A stretch of 64,000 nucleotides of DNA from a virus (IMGVR_UViG_3300020473_000023:1-64000), one strand, 5' to 3'. Shown: positions 18,388 to 27,984, counted from the first letter of the stretch. Made by a program: numbers and translations. The notes: a model not told the origin generated them from the letters alone.

Positions 18388-18555
18388 TTACATGCATGAC
18401 ATGCAGAAACTTATTTGAAAAACAATTGAAAGTATAGAGACAATAACACCTGCTATCGAAAGACAGACAGCTGTCTTTGCACATTTGTCAATCTCATCAA
18501 CACGATTTAAGAGCTTCTTAAGAGCTTGAATTCTTGACATTCTTTTTTCTGTCAT
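18388..18555 (-). CDS. 55-aa Cys-rich single-pass membrane protein (not in the ORF track)
   Basis: MTEKRMSRIQALKKLLNRVDEIDKCAKTAVCLSIAGVIVSILSIVFQISFCMSCM; GAGGAGGAGG SD. Confidence 0.7.
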   Translation of the reverse strand: MTEKRMSRIQALKKLLNRVDEIDKCAKTAVCLSIAGVIVSILSIVFQISFCMSCM

Positions 18556-18613
18556 GGCACACCTCCTCCTCTACATTACATATTCAGAGAGAGGGGGATG
18601 CACGTCAATTTTA

Positions 18614-18756
18614 AGGTGGTCGCCATTTGACAGGCCTGGCTTAACAGACAGTGCTTCGCCGTCCCCCACGGCGGTCCCTCCGGGACACGGCATATTTTTT
18701 GCCACCCAATGGGAGCTTAGTCATGAGGATCGCGCCTCACTAGCTAGCGGCCAACT
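18614..18756 (-). ncRNA. Candidate multi-helix structured RNA of unknown family
   Basis: GC-rich intergenic island; ends pair (TGGCCGCTA/TGGCGACCA); at least five internal hairpins. Confidence 0.55.
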
Positions 18757-18765
18757 AGCAAAAGT

Positions 18766-19188
18766 TTAAGTGCACCAACTTTCTTCAGGTTGTTCAAGAT
18801 CAGGTTGTTCTCTATAGTCAACTGTAATCTCTGTGCCGACAGGAAGGTCCCTGAGTGTATGCAATCTTCTAACGTTTCCGTCCATCACATTTGCACAATT
18901 CGGTTCCTCAGAGTGATTGTGGTATCTTCCGAGCTCGGTGACATCCCACCCACTCTCCGGCCTTCTGACGTGGCAGACACCAATCTCCTCTCCCTGTCTA
19001 AAATCTCTATCTGTAAATGCACCCATTCCCTGGATATCAGACTGTTGTATCACAAAATCTTTTCCAGTATTGTAGCCGAGACCGTAAGCCTCCTCGGGCC
19101 CCATGTCATCCAGATCACTGGGAGCAAGATGCATCTCAAGCTCTTCCCTAATGATTCTTCTTAGATCGGACCCTTTAATACGCATCAA
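18766..19188 (-). CDS. SET-domain protein-lysine methyltransferase with N-terminal tag
   Basis: SDIQGMGAF, RYHNHS..PNC, EITVDY; MRIKGSDLRRIIREE tag. Confidence 0.88.
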   Translation of the reverse strand: MMRIKGSDLRRIIREELEMHLAPSDLDDMGPEEAYGLGYNTGKDFVIQQSDIQGMGAFTDRDFRQGEEIGVCHVRRPESGWDVTELGRYHNHSEEPNCANVMDGNVRRLHTLRDLPVGTEITVDYREQPDLEQPEESWCT

Positions 19189-20249
19189 ACTCTCATTCGA
19201 GGAGGTAGAACTTCCATCTCAGATGCATAGTCTTCTGGTTGAACTCCAGCCCTCCAAGCATCGATGGGCATTCCATGCAACGCACTATTTCCGATCTGAT
19301 ACAGATTGCTATCATCTCCCGGGGTTGCTGTGGGCAAGCCTTTCGCTACAAGGACCTGGTTGGCCCAATCTAGAAATCTTGCCTGGACCCTACCCTGCAT
19401 CGCCCGCGCCTCGAAATCATCAAACATAGCCTGTTCAGATTCAAGGTCTGATGCCTCGCAGAGAAGTGTACCTGCCATCTTGTTCCAGCGACCCAGATCT
19501 ATACGGGATTCAGATAACTGGCTCAAATCCACATGTCCAGGAGGTAAGCCTCGAAGCTTTTCATCCAGGTCCATGTAACCTGTCGTACCCCCGGGCGGTC
19601 CGAGACCTTGTGCTTCTAGTGCAACCATCGAGAGCATGCTAGCCATCTGTTCTGGATCGTGAGTGTCACGTTCGAAATCGACGAGCAGTTTATTGTATGC
19701 TTTCTCAAAGTGGCCATAGTTATCAGGTGTGGCGAGATCTGACCTATATGCTTTAAGCTTATTCCAGGCTGCTCTCTGTCTCGGTCGCCAGTGGGCGGGA
19801 GGCTTGCTGGGTAAGATGTTCGCACTTGGATCCCCTCCATGTTGGGCATACGGGTCTCCATGGTATACTTCAGAAAGACTTGAAAACTCTTCCTTAATCA
19901 TTCTCTTTAGGTCTGCTTTATTTATCTTCATCTCTCTCATTCCTACCATATTTTGTGGGACTGTGAAGTCTCCGCTGTCAACCTTAGCTCTTATCTCATC
20001 CAGTGCGCTGTCAACATATGATTCAAATGTCGGCTTATCAACATTCATAGTCTGATACTGTTGAGTTGTCTCCCACTCTGTAGTTAGCCCCTTCCAGTGG
20101 TTGATCTCCCCCATTGCAGATCTGACGATGGCATTTCTCATGAACGGCCCAGTGTCCTCAAGAGACATCTGAGTCCTGGGCGCTGGACCTGACTGAGCCT
20201 GAAATTGCTCTCTAATGATCTTCCTAAGCTGGCTGATCGTGATTTTCAT
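19185..20249 (-). CDS. Multi-tag putative virion protein
   Basis: MKITISQLRKIIREQ at the start, internal MKINKADLKRMIKEE and RWNKMAG motifs. Confidence 0.7.
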   Translation of the reverse strand: MKITISQLRKIIREQFQAQSGPAPRTQMSLEDTGPFMRNAIVRSAMGEINHWKGLTTEWETTQQYQTMNVDKPTFESYVDSALDEIRAKVDSGDFTVPQNMVGMREMKINKADLKRMIKEEFSSLSEVYHGDPYAQHGGDPSANILPSKPPAHWRPRQRAAWNKLKAYRSDLATPDNYGHFEKAYNKLLVDFERDTHDPEQMASMLSMVALEAQGLGPPGGTTGYMDLDEKLRGLPPGHVDLSQLSESRIDLGRWNKMAGTLLCEASDLESEQAMFDDFEARAMQGRVQARFLDWANQVLVAKGLPTATPGDDSNLYQIGNSALHGMPIDAWRAGVQPEDYASEMEVLPPRMRV

Positions 20250-20478
20250 TATTTGCATCCGCTGGGAAGGTGAGACCTAAGTGTCTCTTTATATTTGCTT
20301 AGCGGAGGCTGTGTCCAGTCTAGGTGCGGACAGTACTCCTCATAATCCTTCTGATCCTGAAGATATAACTCCAGCGCTCGGGCATCACGCTCAAGGTCAT
20401 TCAGATCACCCATCAGCTTCTCAGCCGAAGGAATGAAGAGCATCACACTCGATATGATTGCTAGAGAGGGGAGGTTCA

Positions 20479-20736
20479 TCAGTCTATCAGATCCTCTATC
20501 CTGTCTAGGATATCTCTCAAGTGCCTGAGGTCGCTCTCAACTCTGATTAGTGTTCTTGTCGCCTCCTCCTGCTCATCAACCTGCGCTTCCAGCGAGGCAA
20601 CCTGACGTTCGAGATCTCCGATGTCGTTTCTCAACTGAGACACCTCAACGTTCACTGACCACACCCATCCAGCGAGGGGCATGACCAGGGCGCCGAGAAC
20701 GACAGTAAATACCTTCCACATCATGTCTGGCTTCAT
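20479..20736 (-). CDS. Membrane-anchored coiled-coil protein
   Basis: N-terminal TM followed by heptad repeats. Confidence 0.6.
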   Translation of the reverse strand: MKPDMMWKVFTVVLGALVMPLAGWVWSVNVEVSQLRNDIGDLERQVASLEAQVDEQEEATRTLIRVESDLRHLRDILDRIEDLID

Positions 20737-21398
20737 GGCCTAATCTTCTCATAGTGCTGACGGCGAAGATCTTCGTATGTGAAGTCGTCGGAACCGTGTT
20801 GCATAGGAGCTGTCTCTGTCGGAAAGTCTTCCATCCCAAGCTCCGCGTCCATAGGATCATCGTATGGGTCTTGCTCGAAAGCTAGCATATCTGGCATGCC
20901 GACTGTCTTAGAAAGCTGATCAACTGCCTCAACACCGAGGTCTGCGTCTCCAGCAAGAAGCCCCCAAATTACCTGCTCATCACCGATCCTCTGTCTAAGA
21001 GAGTTGAGAGCATCAAGTGTATCAACATCCTGAGGTGATGAAAACCTGGGCATCGGCTCACCGACTTCGGAGATCATTCTCATCTCTCTGTTAATCATTG
21101 CACGAAGCTCTGTGATCGACATGATCTCCTGCTCTGCTGTAACTGCCTCTGATCCGCCTGCCTTGGAGTGGTCTATGGCATTAAAGACATTATCACCGCC
21201 GGCCCAGGCATCTTCACGTGCCTTGACGTCTGCAGCGGGCCCGCCTTTAAAATACGCACCGTCACCGTAGTTAGGCTCTTTCTTTTTTGCCTCTACGAGA
21301 ATCCCGTCACCCCTGGCAGATTCTTCATAGTTGCCCTGAGTAATATTCTCAATAAAGTGTCTTGTCATATCTCTAAGGCTAAACTTGTCTTCGCTCAT
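20733..21398 (-). CDS. Acidic tagged protein sharing the REDAWAGGDN module with 598-1413
   Basis: Start MSEDKF after AGGAG SD; internal MSITELRAMINRE; ATATTTA at 21415-21421. Confidence 0.7.
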   Translation of the reverse strand: MSEDKFSLRDMTRHFIENITQGNYEESARGDGILVEAKKKEPNYGDGAYFKGGPAADVKAREDAWAGGDNVFNAIDHSKAGGSEAVTAEQEIMSITELRAMINREMRMISEVGEPMPRFSSPQDVDTLDALNSLRQRIGDEQVIWGLLAGDADLGVEAVDQLSKTVGMPDMLAFEQDPYDDPMDAELGMEDFPTETAPMQHGSDDFTYEDLRRQHYEKIRP

Positions 21399-21489
21399 GA
21401 TAGTCTCCTGCAAATAAATATTCTCGTTAAGTTGATTATCTTGAACAAAGACGAGGCGCAGTGTATTGTTTAAATGACACGGAGGAGTC

Positions 21490-21705
21490 ATGAACAAGCA
21501 AACAGTCGCAGAACTAGTCGAAAGACTTACCAAAGTTAACAATGAAATCAAGCTTTTACAGGAAGATAGAAGAGAACTTCTTGCAGACTATAAGGAGAAA
21601 CTTGACATCAGAGCATTTAAAGCAGCAATGAGAATTACGAAGATGAGAGAGGAGGTTGATGAAGCACAGCTTGACAATATTCTTCTCGTGATGGAAGATA
21701 TGTAA
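21490..21705 (+). CDS. GapR/DUF2312-like dsDNA-binding protein
   Basis: LVERL..EIK.LQEDRRELLADYK..LDIRAFKAAMRI; GGAGGAG SD. Confidence 0.7.
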   Translation: MNKQTVAELVERLTKVNNEIKLLQEDRRELLADYKEKLDIRAFKAAMRITKMREEVDEAQLDNILLVMEDM

Positions 21706-21725
21706 AGATCACTTTAGAAATGAGC

Positions 21726-21752
21726 AAGCCCCGGAAATCCGGGGCTTTTTTA
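21726..21752 (+). terminator. Rho-independent terminator between convergent genes
   Basis: AAGCCCCGG-AAAT-CCGGGGCTT followed by T-run. Confidence 0.85.
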
Positions 21753-22220
21753 TTTTGTGTGTCTGTCAGCAACAGAGGCCGAGGCCCAAGCATCAGGTTT
21801 AATCTTATACGAAAACCCGGCACCAAGGGCCCAGCCGCCAAGAGCATCCTTAAGATCTCTGGTCTTTGAGAGAGGTGTCGATCCGATGTCGATATGAATT
21901 TCAACAGGTGCATCTGGATTTGACTCCATTACCTTCATTCCGATCTCTATTGACCTTTCTACTTCACAGGTAATTCTGTGCCTGAGTGTATCTAGATTCT
22001 TATTTTTCTCAACTGTCCTTCTATAGAAGTATCTACCTCCTGACTGACCGTCTCCTCCATGAAGACAGATAGCGGATGCAAATGTGCATCCGTCAATCCT
22101 TAGCATGCTATCTGTCCCAATAAACACACTTCCGTTAAGCTTTACATGCTTCTTAATTTCCAATAGGACATCATTGAATTTCAGCTCATAGCCTTTACCA
22201 GAAATCCACGTGTCGTCCAC
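21750..22220 (-). CDS. RNase H-like protein (YkuK/DUF458 family)
   Basis: IGTDS, RI..EV..SI, IHIDIG, KPDAWASASVAD. Confidence 0.8.
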   Translation of the reverse strand: MDDTWISGKGYELKFNDVLLEIKKHVKLNGSVFIGTDSMLRIDGCTFASAICLHGGDGQSGGRYFYRRTVEKNKNLDTLRHRITCEVERSIEIGMKVMESNPDAPVEIHIDIGSTPLSKTRDLKDALGGWALGAGFSYKIKPDAWASASVADRHTK

Positions 22221-22230
22221 TTTGCAATCC

Positions 22231-22626
22231 TTAGATTATTTTAAAATATAATAAAGAAGAGAAGATACTAGTCGCGCAAAGGACAATGATCCAGGTAATA
22301 ATCACTCTTTGCATCTTTGATAGTGACTCAACCCTCTCTATCGAGCTCGTATCAGACAGGAAAGCTAGAGAATTTTCATGAGACTGAATGCTTTGTCCGT
22401 GTGAGTCTATAGATAGTTGAAATTTGTCATTAACCTCAATGATAGCGGAGCTATTCTCACCCATAAGATCTGATAGATTCTCAATTCTAGATTCAAGAGA
22501 GTTCATCCTTAATTCAAGAATCTCTATTGTATCTTTCTGATCATCAGCAAGAAATTGAAGATCTTCAATGATCTCCTCTAGCTTTTCAATCTTCTGATCA
22601 TTTTTTTTGAGAAAGGAAAAAAGCAT
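22231..22626 (-). CDS. Coiled-coil protein with C-terminal TM
   Basis: Heptad pattern and hydrophobic C-terminus. Confidence 0.6.
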   Translation of the reverse strand: MLFSFLKKNDQKIEKLEEIIEDLQFLADDQKDTIEILELRMNSLESRIENLSDLMGENSSAIIEVNDKFQLSIDSHGQSIQSHENSLAFLSDTSSIERVESLSKMQRVIITWIIVLCATSIFSSLLYFKII

Positions 22627-22640
22627 GTGGGTTCCTAAAT

Positions 22641-23390
22641 TTAAGTATCTTGAAAAAGCTTTTTACTGATGTATTCTCTTAATAAACTCTCTTGCTTTAC
22701 ACTCAGAGAATCGTCAAAATCTTTTGTCGCCGTGCTGTATAGTCTTTCAAGATATCCATTCCTTCTGAGTATTTTAAAGGCAAGATTTTCTGTGGAAAAT
22801 TCACCTGCTCTCTCGAGACCAGACTGCCTCATACTCCTTATCTTTTCTTTTATTCTATTAATCTTAGGAAGCCTATTTGGACTCTGAAGAACTTGATCGA
22901 TCTCGTACATTAATGATTCAGCCTTGCACCTAATGGCCTGAAAATCTACGTCAGTATTGATAGGAGTGGGCTTGGTAATCCACTTATCACCTAGCACGCT
23001 ATAGACGCCTGTTGAGTGATGGGGTTCACTTGCATCTTGGGCGTAAAGTTCAACCTCGTACCCCTTTATTCTAATGTCATGTTTATCATTCCATGTGGAC
23101 TTCTTCGCCATCATATAATTTTTAACCAGATCATAATTTTCATCTACAGTAAAATAGTCTATTAAAAGATGAAGATCGATATCACTAAACTTTGTGTAAT
23201 TAAAGTTAGCCAAGCTTCCTGTAAATGTTATATCAGCAACGGGAACGTTAATATCGAGTGATATGTAGAATTCATTTGCTATTCTTAGAAGCGCTTTTCT
23301 AATTTTAGAATTTAGCTTATAGTCTTCCCAAATTTCAGAATTAAGATCTTCATGAGGAAGCAGGGACTGTATTTGATCTTTGTGTATCAT
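22641..23390 (-). CDS. Pol-beta-type nucleotidyltransferase with C-terminal tag
   Basis: GSLANF...SDIDLH...VELY; ends QESLLREYISKKL; ATAATTA at 23413-23419. Confidence 0.8.
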   Translation of the reverse strand: MIHKDQIQSLLPHEDLNSEIWEDYKLNSKIRKALLRIANEFYISLDINVPVADITFTGSLANFNYTKFSDIDLHLLIDYFTVDENYDLVKNYMMAKKSTWNDKHDIRIKGYEVELYAQDASEPHHSTGVYSVLGDKWITKPTPINTDVDFQAIRCKAESLMYEIDQVLQSPNRLPKINRIKEKIRSMRQSGLERAGEFSTENLAFKILRRNGYLERLYSTATKDFDDSLSVKQESLLREYISKKLFQDT

Positions 23391-23455
23391 CGAAAATAAC
23401 TGGTAACAGAATTAATTATCCCGCTGCCTTAGAAGTTATTAAAGATAAAAAGCAA

Positions 23456-23614
23456 CTAAGAAACTTCTCTGTCCTGATATTCAGAAGCAAATCTAAATAC
23501 TCCCGATACACACCCGATAGAAACAAGAGCTATAAGCCCTGTCGTGCTTCCAAAAATTCCTAATGCTGTTCCGCATATAATCAAAACTTCTGGTGACCCT
23601 ATAGTAATTTTCAC
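23456..23614 (-). CDS. 52-aa membrane protein (not in the ORF track)
   Basis: GTG start after AAGGA; hydrophobic ORF directly downstream of tRNA-Ser. Confidence 0.5.
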   Translation of the reverse strand: MKITIGSPEVLIICGTALGIFGSTTGLIALVSIGCVSGVFRFASEYQDREVS

Positions 23615-23633
23615 TTTAACTTCCTTTTGTTAA

Positions 23634-23721
23634 TGGCGGAAGCGGTGAGATTCGAACTCACGGTAGGTTTCCCTACGCCGGTTTTCAAGACCGGTACCTT
23701 AAACCACTCGGTCACGCTTCC
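23634..23721 (-). tRNA. tRNA-Ser (UGA)
   Basis: CCGGT-CTTGAAA-ACCGG arm, long variable arm, GCCA end. Confidence 0.97.
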
Positions 23722-23737
23722 ATTAAAATAATTCTTT

Positions 23738-24337
23738 TCAAACTTTCCACTTTCCAGATTCATTTCCAACACCCTTCCATCCCGGTCTTGCAGTCCGGGA
23801 ATAAAGATCTAAGTACGGGCCCCTGCTTCTAGACTCAACAAATTTATAAAATTCTTCAGGCTTTCTAGAGTGCTGCCTTCGATCAGCTAGGATAAAATCC
23901 TTTGAACCACACAAGCCCTTTCCGTTTGGAACGGATTCAATGTCAGAATTACCTGAATATCTGGTTCTTCTTCCATGTCCTTTCCGATATCTAACTGCAA
24001 AGATGCACATCTCTGTATATCTCATTCCGTATGGGGTTGGGCTCCCAATATTTGACTTAACCCATGGTATCAGGGTTATAGGCTTAAAGCCAAGGTGTTC
24101 ACAAACGTTCATGGCTGCAAGGATTCCCTGGTCCTTTCCGGCAGTGAAGGAGTTTATAGTCCACATATAAAGATGAGACTCTGGAGCAACGGGATATCGA
24201 GAAAACCAATCAGAGATTGTCCCAATAACTTCTCCCACAGTTTGAACGGGATAGTGCGTGGACGCCTGAAGTGTTGCATGCCCAACTCCTCCTGTTGACT
24301 TTTTCCAAGGCGGATCAATCACTACTGTCTTATACAT
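23738..24337 (-). CDS. MT-A70 family adenine methyltransferase (orphan)
   Basis: VIDPPW, LYMWT, HSRKP, LDLYSR, GNE. Confidence 0.88.
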   Translation of the reverse strand: MYKTVVIDPPWKKSTGGVGHATLQASTHYPVQTVGEVIGTISDWFSRYPVAPESHLYMWTINSFTAGKDQGILAAMNVCEHLGFKPITLIPWVKSNIGSPTPYGMRYTEMCIFAVRYRKGHGRRTRYSGNSDIESVPNGKGLCGSKDFILADRRQHSRKPEEFYKFVESRSRGPYLDLYSRTARPGWKGVGNESGKWKV

Positions 24338-24363
24338 TGAAATCTCATCTTCCTAAACTGGGA

Positions 24364-24398
24364 ATGAGGCACCTATAGACCCGTGCCTCCCTGCGGTT
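24364..24398 (-). repeat. Conserved hairpin element, copy 2
   Basis: AACCGCAGG-GAGGCAC-GGGTCTATAG-GTGCCTCAT. Confidence 0.8.
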
Positions 24399-24405
24399 AA
24401 TTGCA

Positions 24406-24525
24406 CTACTCTTCTGCAGTGTCGGATGAATCTTCAACAGTAGCTGTATCAGATCCAGAATCTTCATCTGAACCACTGCATGCAGAAATCATTCCACAAG
24501 CAATAATTGAAATAATATACTTCAT
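24406..24525 (-). CDS. 39-aa acidic mini-lipoprotein (not in the ORF track)
   Basis: MKYIISIIACGMISACSGSDEDSGSDTATVEDSSDTAEE; lipobox ISAC; GAGGG SD. Confidence 0.7.
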   Translation of the reverse strand: MKYIISIIACGMISACSGSDEDSGSDTATVEDSSDTAEE

Positions 24526-24544
24526 TTTTCCCTCTCTATTGAAG

Positions 24545-24578
24545 ATGAGGCACCTGTATCCCGTGCCTCCCTGCGGTT
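24545..24578 (-). repeat. Conserved hairpin element, copy 1
   Basis: AACCGCAGG-GAGGCAC-GGGATACAG-GTGCCTCAT. Confidence 0.8.
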
Positions 24579-24584
24579 TTTTAT

Positions 24585-24851
24585 TTACTCTTCTGTATTT
24601 TCGCTATTTTCTGTCGTGCCCGAATTCTTCGTCTCTTCTGTATTATTCTCAGAATTGTCTGTAGAGTTCGTGGTTGTCTCCGTCGTCTCACTTGTAGTAC
24701 CACTCGTTTCAGTGGTCGTGTTATCACTGGTGGTATTCTCAGTAGCATTCTCAGCTGCTTCGGTTCCATCAGTAGTGTTGGCAGTCTCATCAGTTTCAAC
24801 ACATCCGACTGCAATTACAGCTGCAAGAGCAGCCAGCTTAGTTCTCCACAT
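24585..24851 (-). CDS. Thr/Glu/Asn-rich low-complexity lipoprotein
   Basis: True start MWRTKLAALAAVIAVGC after AAGGAG SD; lipobox AVGC. Confidence 0.75.
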   Translation of the reverse strand: MWRTKLAALAAVIAVGCVETDETANTTDGTEAAENATENTTSDNTTTETSGTTSETTETTTNSTDNSENNTEETKNSGTTENSENTEE

Positions 24852-24874
24852 TTTATGTCTCCTTTTAGTGGGTA

Positions 24875-24959
<85 letters not shown>

Positions 24960-25230
24960 TTTGTTAACCATTTATGGATTATAACGTCAATCCATAAGTG
25001 TGTACAAGCTAATATCCGTTATAATTTGTCTCTTCTCTAAGCTTGAGAACTTCTTCCATAAGATCCGGAATCTTCTCCATGACAGTAAATGCAATTCTTG
25101 CAGCACTTAAAGAATCCTCATCTCCGCTAAGTCGCCCAACCCTGATCTCATTCCACTCTGTGTAAAGAAGTGCAATCTTCTGAAGGTCTTCTTGTGTCAT
25201 AACTAATCCTAACCTAAGCCAATGTATTCG

Positions 25231-26130
25231 TTAAAGAATTCCAAATTTTCTATAAATCTCAGACAAAGCAACTGTATCATCAACAGCTGGGGCTGCCACT
25301 GTCGAACCTTTAAGCGCTATATCTTCCGCTGTGGGTTCATGTGGGGTGTAGTCAGCTGTCCTGTCTTCTGATCTCTGATACTTAAGCCTTATGAGGTCTT
25401 CAGGGGTCATATATCGAGGAGCTTCCCAATCTTTTCCTTGAAGCCCGTAGTGGGAGGTATGAGCCTCTTCAGCAGCGACGACTCCCTTAAAAGAGTAGTC
25501 TCGCTTGTCTGATCTCTGCTGCCCAAGAAAAAGTCTTTCGAGTTGCGCGTAAAGTTTTTCTGTCGCTGAGTCCTTTAGGTAGGCTTCTACTTTTTCCGGC
25601 GTCCTGGGACCGAGAGGGTCTGCAAGATAGTCAAATTGTGCCATTGCGTCTGCACGCTTAGCAAACTTATTAGCCTGATCACTGATGAATTCAAATTCTG
25701 CCTGTGGGTTATCTGCAGCAACATGAAGTGCAATGTCTAAAATATCTCGCCCTTCAAGCCGCTCAACTATTAAATCTATCGCCCTCTGTCTTTTCATCAT
25801 CTCTCTCAGTGCACCATCTGAAGACTCGGTCAGCTTAATTGCTGTGTGAAGGTCTGTAGCTCTCTTATAGCCGAGATTGGTTGAAGCCTTGGTGATCGGT
25901 GCACCTCTCTTGGTTGCCTTCAATCTCTGCTTTCTCTTACCTTTTCTCTTTGGTCTCGTCTTACCGTGAACTACCTTCCACTTATCACCCTTTGTCTCAT
26001 CAGCATACTCCTTGTTGCTGATTCCTTCTTCTTCCTTCTTCTTGAGCCAGCTTTCAAGGCTGTAGCCCATGGGAACTACATATTCAGCAAGAAGGGCTTC
26101 TCTTATATATTCTCTAAGTACATCATCCAT
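25231..26130 (-). CDS. Tagged hypothetical protein with basic patch
   Basis: MDDVLREYIREALLAE; internal ALREMM. Confidence 0.7.
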   Translation of the reverse strand: MDDVLREYIREALLAEYVVPMGYSLESWLKKKEEEGISNKEYADETKGDKWKVVHGKTRPKRKGKRKQRLKATKRGAPITKASTNLGYKRATDLHTAIKLTESSDGALREMMKRQRAIDLIVERLEGRDILDIALHVAADNPQAEFEFISDQANKFAKRADAMAQFDYLADPLGPRTPEKVEAYLKDSATEKLYAQLERLFLGQQRSDKRDYSFKGVVAAEEAHTSHYGLQGKDWEAPRYMTPEDLIRLKYQRSEDRTADYTPHEPTAEDIALKGSTVAAPAVDDTVALSEIYRKFGIL

Positions 26131-26653
26131 CGAGGATCTCTCTACCTATTAAATATGCAATCTGTCTTCCAAAATCTACATCTGATGGGAAGTGAACCCC
26201 CCTGTCAATTCTTGATTGAGCAATCATCTCAGCAAGACTTAGGAAGTCTTCTGCGTGTTGAGGAAACTTTCTACCTAAGATCAAAGCGTGAACAAATGCC
26301 TGAATGGTATGACCGCTGGGATATGACGGGCTCTGTGCAGAGTCGAGATCATCCCCTCGCCATGGAATCCCAAGCCGCTCTGCTGTAGAAGTAGGCCTTT
26401 CTCTACCATACAGCTCCTTCATAGACATAGCGATGGGCCCTAGGGCGTTGTGGATTCTATCGTGAAAGTCAGAATCGTATGGCAGACCCTTGCCCTTAAG
26501 ATACGTCTCAAATATTTCCCTCATATTCTCATCACATATTTTCTGAAGGGCTTGTGGGACTTTAGGGTTTTTGTGTTGTCTAATGACCTGCGCTAGATCT
26601 TCTATCTCTTCATGAGATCCTGGTGCTGGAGGTGGAATGCTTGGAATCTTCAT
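26123..26653 (-). CDS. PAP2-family acid phosphatase / haloperoxidase-like
   Basis: K....R.RP, PSYPSGH, SRI..GVHFPSD. Confidence 0.88.
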   Translation of the reverse strand: MKIPSIPPPAPGSHEEIEDLAQVIRQHKNPKVPQALQKICDENMREIFETYLKGKGLPYDSDFHDRIHNALGPIAMSMKELYGRERPTSTAERLGIPWRGDDLDSAQSPSYPSGHTIQAFVHALILGRKFPQHAEDFLSLAEMIAQSRIDRGVHFPSDVDFGRQIAYLIGREILDG

Positions 26654-27420
26654 TAATCCTCCCTCATCTCTGCCGGCCAGTCTTGCTGTGGCCATCTTGT
26701 CATTAGATAATACTGATAGATTTCACGAATTCTTGCCATAACTGGGCCCATCTCTTCCTCTGTATATCCCTTGTGAAGCGCAGTGGCATAAATGTTTTGT
26801 AATTCCCAGTCTATCACATCAGCAGCCTCTACTCCCTCCATCTTTGCCTGCAAGACCCAGTCTGAGACATGTGCTGGAGTCTCCGCCTTATCTACAAAGT
26901 ATGCCTCAATGCTTTCAGGAGAAGCCCAGATAGAATCTTCATCTTTAATCTTTCTCTGGGTTGCCATAAGATCTTCTGTGGGCTGACCGGAGTGTTCTAG
27001 CTCGTGACGAATAGTTCCAACAATCTTGGACTCAAACCAGTCTACATCTTTATCAGTGTAGGAAGTAGGCATGAATAGGTTAAGAATAAGATCAGAGTTT
27101 CTCCTCTCTTCTGGCGATGCATTTAGGGAATACTCATAAGCAGCAGATGCGTTAAATTCTTGACTACCAATAGGAGGCTTCATTTTTATAATTACGTCTC
27201 TAAGCCACGTGACGTCGTCTGGGGGTGTGTAGTCAAGTCTAAATTCTAGCGGGAAGCTTCTGCCAGGTTTAGAAAAAAACGCCTTTATCTCTTCATCTTT
27301 AAGCGCAATTGTAGCTTCTCTACCTATTCTTCGAGCAGCTCTCTCTAGTTTTCGACCTGTTAGAGATTTTTCAATAAGAATCTCTCTCACATATTCACGA
27401 AGAATCTTCTCGCTTGACAT
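26653..27420 (-). CDS. Tagged HExxH metallopeptidase-like protein
   Basis: EKILREYVREILIE tag; RHELEH plus downstream Y...E..AH; ATAATTA at 27453-27459. Confidence 0.7.
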   Translation of the reverse strand: MSSEKILREYVREILIEKSLTGRKLERAARRIGREATIALKDEEIKAFFSKPGRSFPLEFRLDYTPPDDVTWLRDVIIKMKPPIGSQEFNASAAYEYSLNASPEERRNSDLILNLFMPTSYTDKDVDWFESKIVGTIRHELEHSGQPTEDLMATQRKIKDEDSIWASPESIEAYFVDKAETPAHVSDWVLQAKMEGVEAADVIDWELQNIYATALHKGYTEEEMGPVMARIREIYQYYLMTRWPQQDWPAEMRED

Positions 27421-27984
27421 TTCGACTGCGCCTCTTTGTGACAACCACATTATAATTATCTTGCTGTCGATGAGATTTTCTTCTATTTCTTTTCTTGTAA
27501 GGCCCTCGGACCTCTTTAATCACATTGCTGTGAAAGACAAAGCACTCAGCCTCCCCAGGCTTGTCAGTCTTTGGGTCCCACGGAACACAAGCTTTATTAA
27601 GGGCAACGAGGTCCTGATGTCTTATAATGACGGCAAAGAAGCCATACGGCTCTTTCGGATCAGACTTTATCGCCTTCACATGAATCTTCGGTCCTGCAGG
27701 CGTCTTCACCTCGTAGACCTTCCCGATTCTTATCTTTCTCTCTTTCCCACTCGTCAAGAGATTCTTCCCACTGTTTTAAAAAATGTAGACACCTACAAGT
27801 ATCATTGATGCTAGCTGCCAGTTTATCAACGCCAATATTAACGCTGTAGTATGCGTCAAAACCGTCTCTTTCAATCTTGTCTATTAGACCTTCACATGTT
27901 TTTTTTAAAGCTTCAGCCTTGGCCTTGAGACTTTTAATTCTATAGCTTCTCTCAGAGAAAATCTTTTCTCTCAGCTCAGACATA

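Noticed and set aside
18614-18756. Assignment of the structured RNA to RNase P, cobalamin riboswitch, SRP or tRNA
   Set aside because: Only short resemblances (GGCTTA, AAGCCAGG..CCTG, acceptor-like ends); the required conserved cores are missing
24364-24578. Duplicated hairpin as mini-CRISPR or HDV-like ribozyme
   Set aside because: Only two copies separated by a coding gene; no nested double-pseudoknot elements
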